Of a stretch of 47,794 bases of DNA, positions 44,409-47,794 are shown piece by piece (position 1 is the stretch's first letter; every line of letters begins with the position of its first letter). The position numbers and the translations under genes are program-made. Below the pieces are notes generated by a model. It made no database searches. It saw only the letters and a program-made list of their open reading frames with translations, and was not told where the DNA came from. This DNA is from Betaproteobacteria bacterium (GTDB taxonomy: Bacteria > Pseudomonadota > Gammaproteobacteria > Burkholderiales > SG8-41). Where the stretch lies: assembly GCA_016192835.1 (NCBI GenBank), contig JACPTJ010000107.1, positions 1 through 47,794 on the forward strand, read 5' to 3'.

Positions 44409-45377
44409 ATGAAAACCTCCGCGAAAATCTGCCTGATGGCGGCGCTGCTGTTCGTATGGGGCTTGGCGCTGGCGCAAAATTACCCAACGCAGCCGATCCG
44501 CATGCTGGTGCCTTTCACGCCAGGCGGCGGCACGGACATTTCGGCTCGCGTCGTCGGGCAGAAAATGACCGAGGCACTCGGCCAGCAGATCGTCATCGAC
44601 AACCGCGTGGGGGCCTCCGGCCACATCGCAATGGAAATCACCGCGCGTGCAGCACCGAACGGCTATACGCTCATCATGAGCACCGTGGCCCCGATGGCGT
44701 TCAGCCCGGCCCTGTTTTCATCCTTGCCCTTCCATCCGGTCAAGGACTTCACGCCGGTGGCGCTCGTGTCCAGCACTGTCTTCGCGATCATTGTTCATCC
44801 CAGCCTGCCCGCGAAATCGGTCAAGGAGTTGATCGCGCTCGCGAAGGCGCAGCCGGGAAAGCTAACGTTCGGGTCGGGTGGAGCGGGCGGAGCATCGCAC
44901 ATTGCCACTGAGCTGTTTCAGTTGATGGCTGGAATCAATATGGTGCACGTGCCTTACAAAGGCGGCGGCGCGGCAATTCCCGCGGTGATGGGCGGTGAGG
45001 TCTTCCTGTATTTTGCAGACGTCATCGCGGCGCGGCAACTCGTCGCGGGCGGGAGGCTTCGCGCGCTCGGCGTCACCAGCGCACGCCGTTCGGCGATAAT
45101 GAGCGACTTGCCTACCATCGCCGAAGCGGGCCTGCCCGGCTACGAAATGACCTCCTGGAATGGCGTGCTCGCGCCGGCGGGCACGCCGCGTCCTATCGTC
45201 GACCGCCTCAATGCCGTGATCGTGCGCATTTTGCCGCTGCCGGATGTCGCGGAACGGCTCGCAGGGGACGGCAGCGAGTTCGGCAAGAACACGCCGGAGC
45301 AGTTCGCTGCTTTCGTGCGTTCTGAATACACCAAATGGCGCAAGATCATTCAAACCGCGAAGATCAAAATCGAGTGA
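44409..45377 (+). CDS. Bug/TctC family periplasmic solute receptor
   Basis: 'MKTSAKICLMAALLFVWGLALA' is followed by 'QNYPTQPIRMLVPFTPGGGTD'. Also 'IDNRVGASG' and 'VPYKGGGAA'. The track start is TTG 44391. Confidence 0.88.
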   Translation: MKTSAKICLMAALLFVWGLALAQNYPTQPIRMLVPFTPGGGTDISARVVGQKMTEALGQQIVIDNRVGASGHIAMEITARAAPNGYTLIMSTVAPMAFSPALFSSLPFHPVKDFTPVALVSSTVFAIIVHPSLPAKSVKELIALAKAQPGKLTFGSGGAGGASHIATELFQLMAGINMVHVPYKGGGAAIPAVMGGEVFLYFADVIAARQLVAGGRLRALGVTSARRSAIMSDLPTIAEAGLPGYEMTSWNGVLAPAGTPRPIVDRLNAVIVRILPLPDVAERLAGDGSEFGKNTPEQFAAFVRSEYTKWRKIIQTAKIKIE

Positions 45378-45405
45378 AGGAGCCGACGCGCGCGTCGCCG
45401 CAATC

Positions 45406-47052
45406 ATGACTGTCGACCTGGCTTTCATAAACATTGCCGAAGCAGCGCAGCTCATCGCTGCGCGCAAGCTGTCCCCCGTCGAGTACACCGATGCGCTGCT
45501 TGCGCGCATCGGAACGTTCGAGCCGCAGCTGAACGCTTTCATCACGATTACCGCCGACCTTGCGCGCACGCAGGCGCGACTGGCGGAAGCCGAAATCATG
45601 GCGGGCCGCTACCGCGGCCCGCTGCACGGCATACCGTTCGCGTTGAAAGACATCTACGACACCAGGGGAATACTCACCTCTGGCGGCTCCAAAGTCGGCC
45701 TCGGCAACATCCCGGCCAGGGACGCCACCACCACGCGGATGCTGAACGATGCCGGCGCGGTGCTGCTCGGCAAACTGCAGACGCACGAGTTCGCGCTCGG
45801 GGGGCCGTCGTTCGACCTTCCGTGGCCACCGTCGCGCAATCCGTGGCACCTCGAGCATTTCACCGGCGGATCAAGCAGCGGCTCCGGCGCGGCGCTCGCG
45901 GCGGGATTGATACCCGCGTCGCTCGGCTCCGACACCGGCGGCTCCATCCGCGGCCCGGCATCGTTTTGCGGTCTCGCCGGGCTGATGCCGACCTCGGGCT
46001 TGGTGAGCCGCGCCGGCGTGATTCCCAACTCGTTCACATTCGATCACTGCGGGCCGATGGCGCGCACGGTAGAAGACTGCGCAATCCTGCTGCAGGCGAT
46101 TGCCGGCTACGATCCACTGGACGCCGGTAGCATCCCGAGCGAGATCCCGAACTATCGCGCGGCGTTGAGCGGTGGCATAAAAGGGCTGCGCATCGGCGTG
46201 TTGCGCCACTACTGGGAAGAGGACTTTCCGACGCATCCCGATCTCAAGCGTGCGATGGAAGAAGCCATCGAAGTGTTCAAACAACTCGGTGCAGTAGTCG
46301 AGGACTGCCGCACGCGACCGCCGCGGGATTCGTTCGATACCAAGATCGTCATTGCAGAAAGCGAAATCTATTCGATCCACTACGCCAATCTGAAGTCGCG
46401 CCCCGGCGATTTCGGCCGCGACTTCCTCGGCCGCAGCTTGTTCGCGTGCCTGTTCCAGGCCTCCGACTATGTGCAGGCTTCGCGCGAGCATCGATGCATC
46501 ATTGCGGAGATGCGACCGCTTTACGAAAAATACGACGTGCTGCTCACCATAGGCTTCGGCCCCGCGCCGCGGCTGGACGAGCACAAGACTGCCAACTTCC
46601 TGCAGAAACCGCACGCTTTCACGCCAGCGAACGTGACCGGCGGCCCGTCGCTCGCGATTGCCAACGGTTTCAGCAACGGGCTGCCGCTGGGCATGCAGAT
46701 CATCGGACGGCCATTCGACGAGGCAACCGTGTTGCGCGTCGGCCATGCCTACCAACAGGCGACCGACTGGCACACGCGCCATCCGCGACTCGTGTCCGGT
46801 GCAGCGCAGCCCGCGGTCACGCCTAAGGGCAACGAACCGGTGGCAGCGGACCTCGATGCTGCGACGCGTGACTTCGTATTGAGTACCGCACGCCGCGCAG
46901 GTCTCAACCTCGACGAATATCAGGCAGCGATCTTGCTGGAAACTGCGCCGTTCGCTTTGGCCATTGCAGAGCGCGTGCGTAAACCGCGCAGCCGCTCGGA
47001 AGAACCGGCGCTCGTGTTTCGCTTTCCCAATACAGCTACACCCAGTGGCTGA
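45406..47052 (+). CDS. Amidase-signature enzyme (GatA/AtzE-like) with a ~95-aa C-terminal partner-like extension
   Basis: ATG 45406 gives 'MTVDLAFINIAEAAQLIAARKLSPVEY', collinear with the paralog N-termini. 'GIPFALKDIY' and 'GGSSSGSGAALAAG...GSDTGGSIRGPA'. The tail is '...LDAATRDFVLSTARRAGLNLDEYQAAILL...RSEEPALVFRF'. The track ORF start 45244 overlaps the Bug gene. Confidence 0.88.
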   Translation: MTVDLAFINIAEAAQLIAARKLSPVEYTDALLARIGTFEPQLNAFITITADLARTQARLAEAEIMAGRYRGPLHGIPFALKDIYDTRGILTSGGSKVGLGNIPARDATTTRMLNDAGAVLLGKLQTHEFALGGPSFDLPWPPSRNPWHLEHFTGGSSSGSGAALAAGLIPASLGSDTGGSIRGPASFCGLAGLMPTSGLVSRAGVIPNSFTFDHCGPMARTVEDCAILLQAIAGYDPLDAGSIPSEIPNYRAALSGGIKGLRIGVLRHYWEEDFPTHPDLKRAMEEAIEVFKQLGAVVEDCRTRPPRDSFDTKIVIAESEIYSIHYANLKSRPGDFGRDFLGRSLFACLFQASDYVQASREHRCIIAEMRPLYEKYDVLLTIGFGPAPRLDEHKTANFLQKPHAFTPANVTGGPSLAIANGFSNGLPLGMQIIGRPFDEATVLRVGHAYQQATDWHTRHPRLVSGAAQPAVTPKGNEPVAADLDAATRDFVLSTARRAGLNLDEYQAAILLETAPFALAIAERVRKPRSRSEEPALVFRFPNTATPSG

Positions 47053-47239
47053 TGATCGCGACCGGAAAGCAGTGCCCTTTGTAGGGGTTGGCAGGCAAGA
47101 CACAATGCGAGATATTCGTCGCCCCATCAAATCACGATGGCGGCAAGTTGACAATGCCATTCCAGCGTATGAACCATCTTCTCCAGTTCCCGTGTCAGCG
47201 AACCCACTTTCGATTTCAATTCAGGCATCAACTCATCCT

Positions 47240-47402
47240 GAACCACTTGCCACTGAAAGTTGCATTTTCCCTGAGCGTTGCGTAGCATTCGTCTCGGGCG
47301 CCGATGAAGTCTTTGGAAACTCGATCTTGCCAGCAATGGCCGCCAATCTCTATCCGATTCGGTGGTTAATCCCGCTCAGGCGGGGAGTTTTGCAAGAAGC
47401 TC
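47240..47402 (+). repeat. ~165-bp direct repeat, copy B
   Basis: See copy A. It ends 47 nt before the ATG at 47450 of the next MmgE/PrpD gene. Confidence 0.85.
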
Positions 47403-47449
47403 AATAATAAATAAGTCTTCTGATTAAATTGTTCGCAAGGTAGATATTC

Positions 47450-47794
47450 ATGAATTTATCGACGTCCCGGACCCCTGGCATACATCCCGATCATGGGAAG
47501 AAAGGCGGTATTACAACCATGGGACCCTCAGACGCTCAAACCACAATCAGAGTTGCCGAACTGGTTTGTAAAACGAAGCTGAATCAGATCCCCCGCGAAG
47601 TGATTGACTACAGCAAGAGTCTGGCCCTCAGCGCCCTTGGCGGCATGGTATCAGGCGCACAAATTCCCAGCTGCAAGATCGTCACTCGATACGTCCAGCG
47701 TATGGGGGGGAACCAGGAGGCCACCGTAGCCGCCTCCGGCTTCAAGACTTCTGTCGAGAACGCTGCCTTGGCCAACAGCCATTTCGCCCACACC
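47450..47794 (+). CDS. MmgE/PrpD family protein, paralog 5, 3'-truncated by window edge (not in the ORF track)
   Basis: My translation from ATG 47450 is 'MNLSTSRTPGIHPDHGKKGGITTMGPSDAQTTIRVAELVCKTKLNQIPREVIDYSKSLALSALGGMVSG...ENAALANSHFAHT', open to the window end. It carries the typical MmgE/PrpD N-terminus. The true start may be ATG 47519. Confidence 0.75.
   Translation, partial: MNLSTSRTPGIHPDHGKKGGITTMGPSDAQTTIRVAELVCKTKLNQIPREVIDYSKSLALSALGGMVSGAQIPSCKIVTRYVQRMGGNQEATVAASGFKTSVENAALANSHFAHT

Noticed and set aside
45871-47160. 429-aa minus-strand ORF
   Set aside because: It is antisense to the amidase at 45406..47052, has no recognisable motifs and shows high-GC artefact composition. 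The same reasoning rejects 6418..7164(-), 9284..10219(-), 12390..13223(-), 14092..15018(-), 32995..33864(-), 43024..43950(-), 32502..34088(+) and similar overlapping ORFs.
1-47794. CRISPR arrays, tRNA/rRNA genes, defence or toxin-antitoxin modules, phage genes
   Set aside because: I found no short regularly spaced repeats, no cloverleaf-like or rRNA-like segments, and no ORFs with nuclease, RT, toxin or phage structural motifs. All sizeable ORFs are accounted for by metabolic, transport or transposase families.

Overview
High-GC (by eye) bacterial accessory and catabolic DNA. I found no rRNA, tRNA or CRISPR array. All family calls come from motif recognition on the supplied translations and my own reading of the DNA; no searches were run.

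The window has three parts:
(i) 1-16101 is a co-directional plus-strand array with short or overlapping junctions. It encodes carboxylate-metabolism enzymes: CoA-transferase B, MmgE/PrpD, a TcuA-like flavoprotein, a CapA-like protein, a LeuCD-like hydro-lyase, a PhtD-like decarboxylase, an LLM oxidoreductase, a MaoC hydratase and a family III CoA-transferase. Five Bug/TctC-type periplasmic receptor genes are interleaved.
(ii) 16621-24170 is a minus-strand Dpp/Opp-type ABC importer operon with an amidase inserted between the ATPase genes and the binding-protein gene.
(iii) 25.2-47.8 kb is a patchwork of small 'Bug receptor + enzyme' cassettes (amidases, MmgE/PrpD, a second CapA). The cassettes are separated by transposase debris (IS5/ISNCY-like, rve-type, IS110, IS91 fragments), IS-end repeats, a MITE-like insertion and long direct repeats.

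Totals: 10 Bug receptors, 5 amidase-signature enzymes, 5 MmgE/PrpD, 2 CapA. I see no TctA/TctB membrane partner and no transcription factor.

Most notable observations:
- The amidases occur with a translationally coupled ~67-aa AtzG/GatC-like partner (two pairs), and also with what looks like the same module fused to the C-terminus (two genes).
- One split amidase pair sits inside a unit bounded by 52-nt inverted IS termini.
- One Bug+fused-amidase cassette is flanked by ~165-bp direct repeats.
- One Bug gene carries a compensated double frameshift that scrambles the family's most conserved motif.
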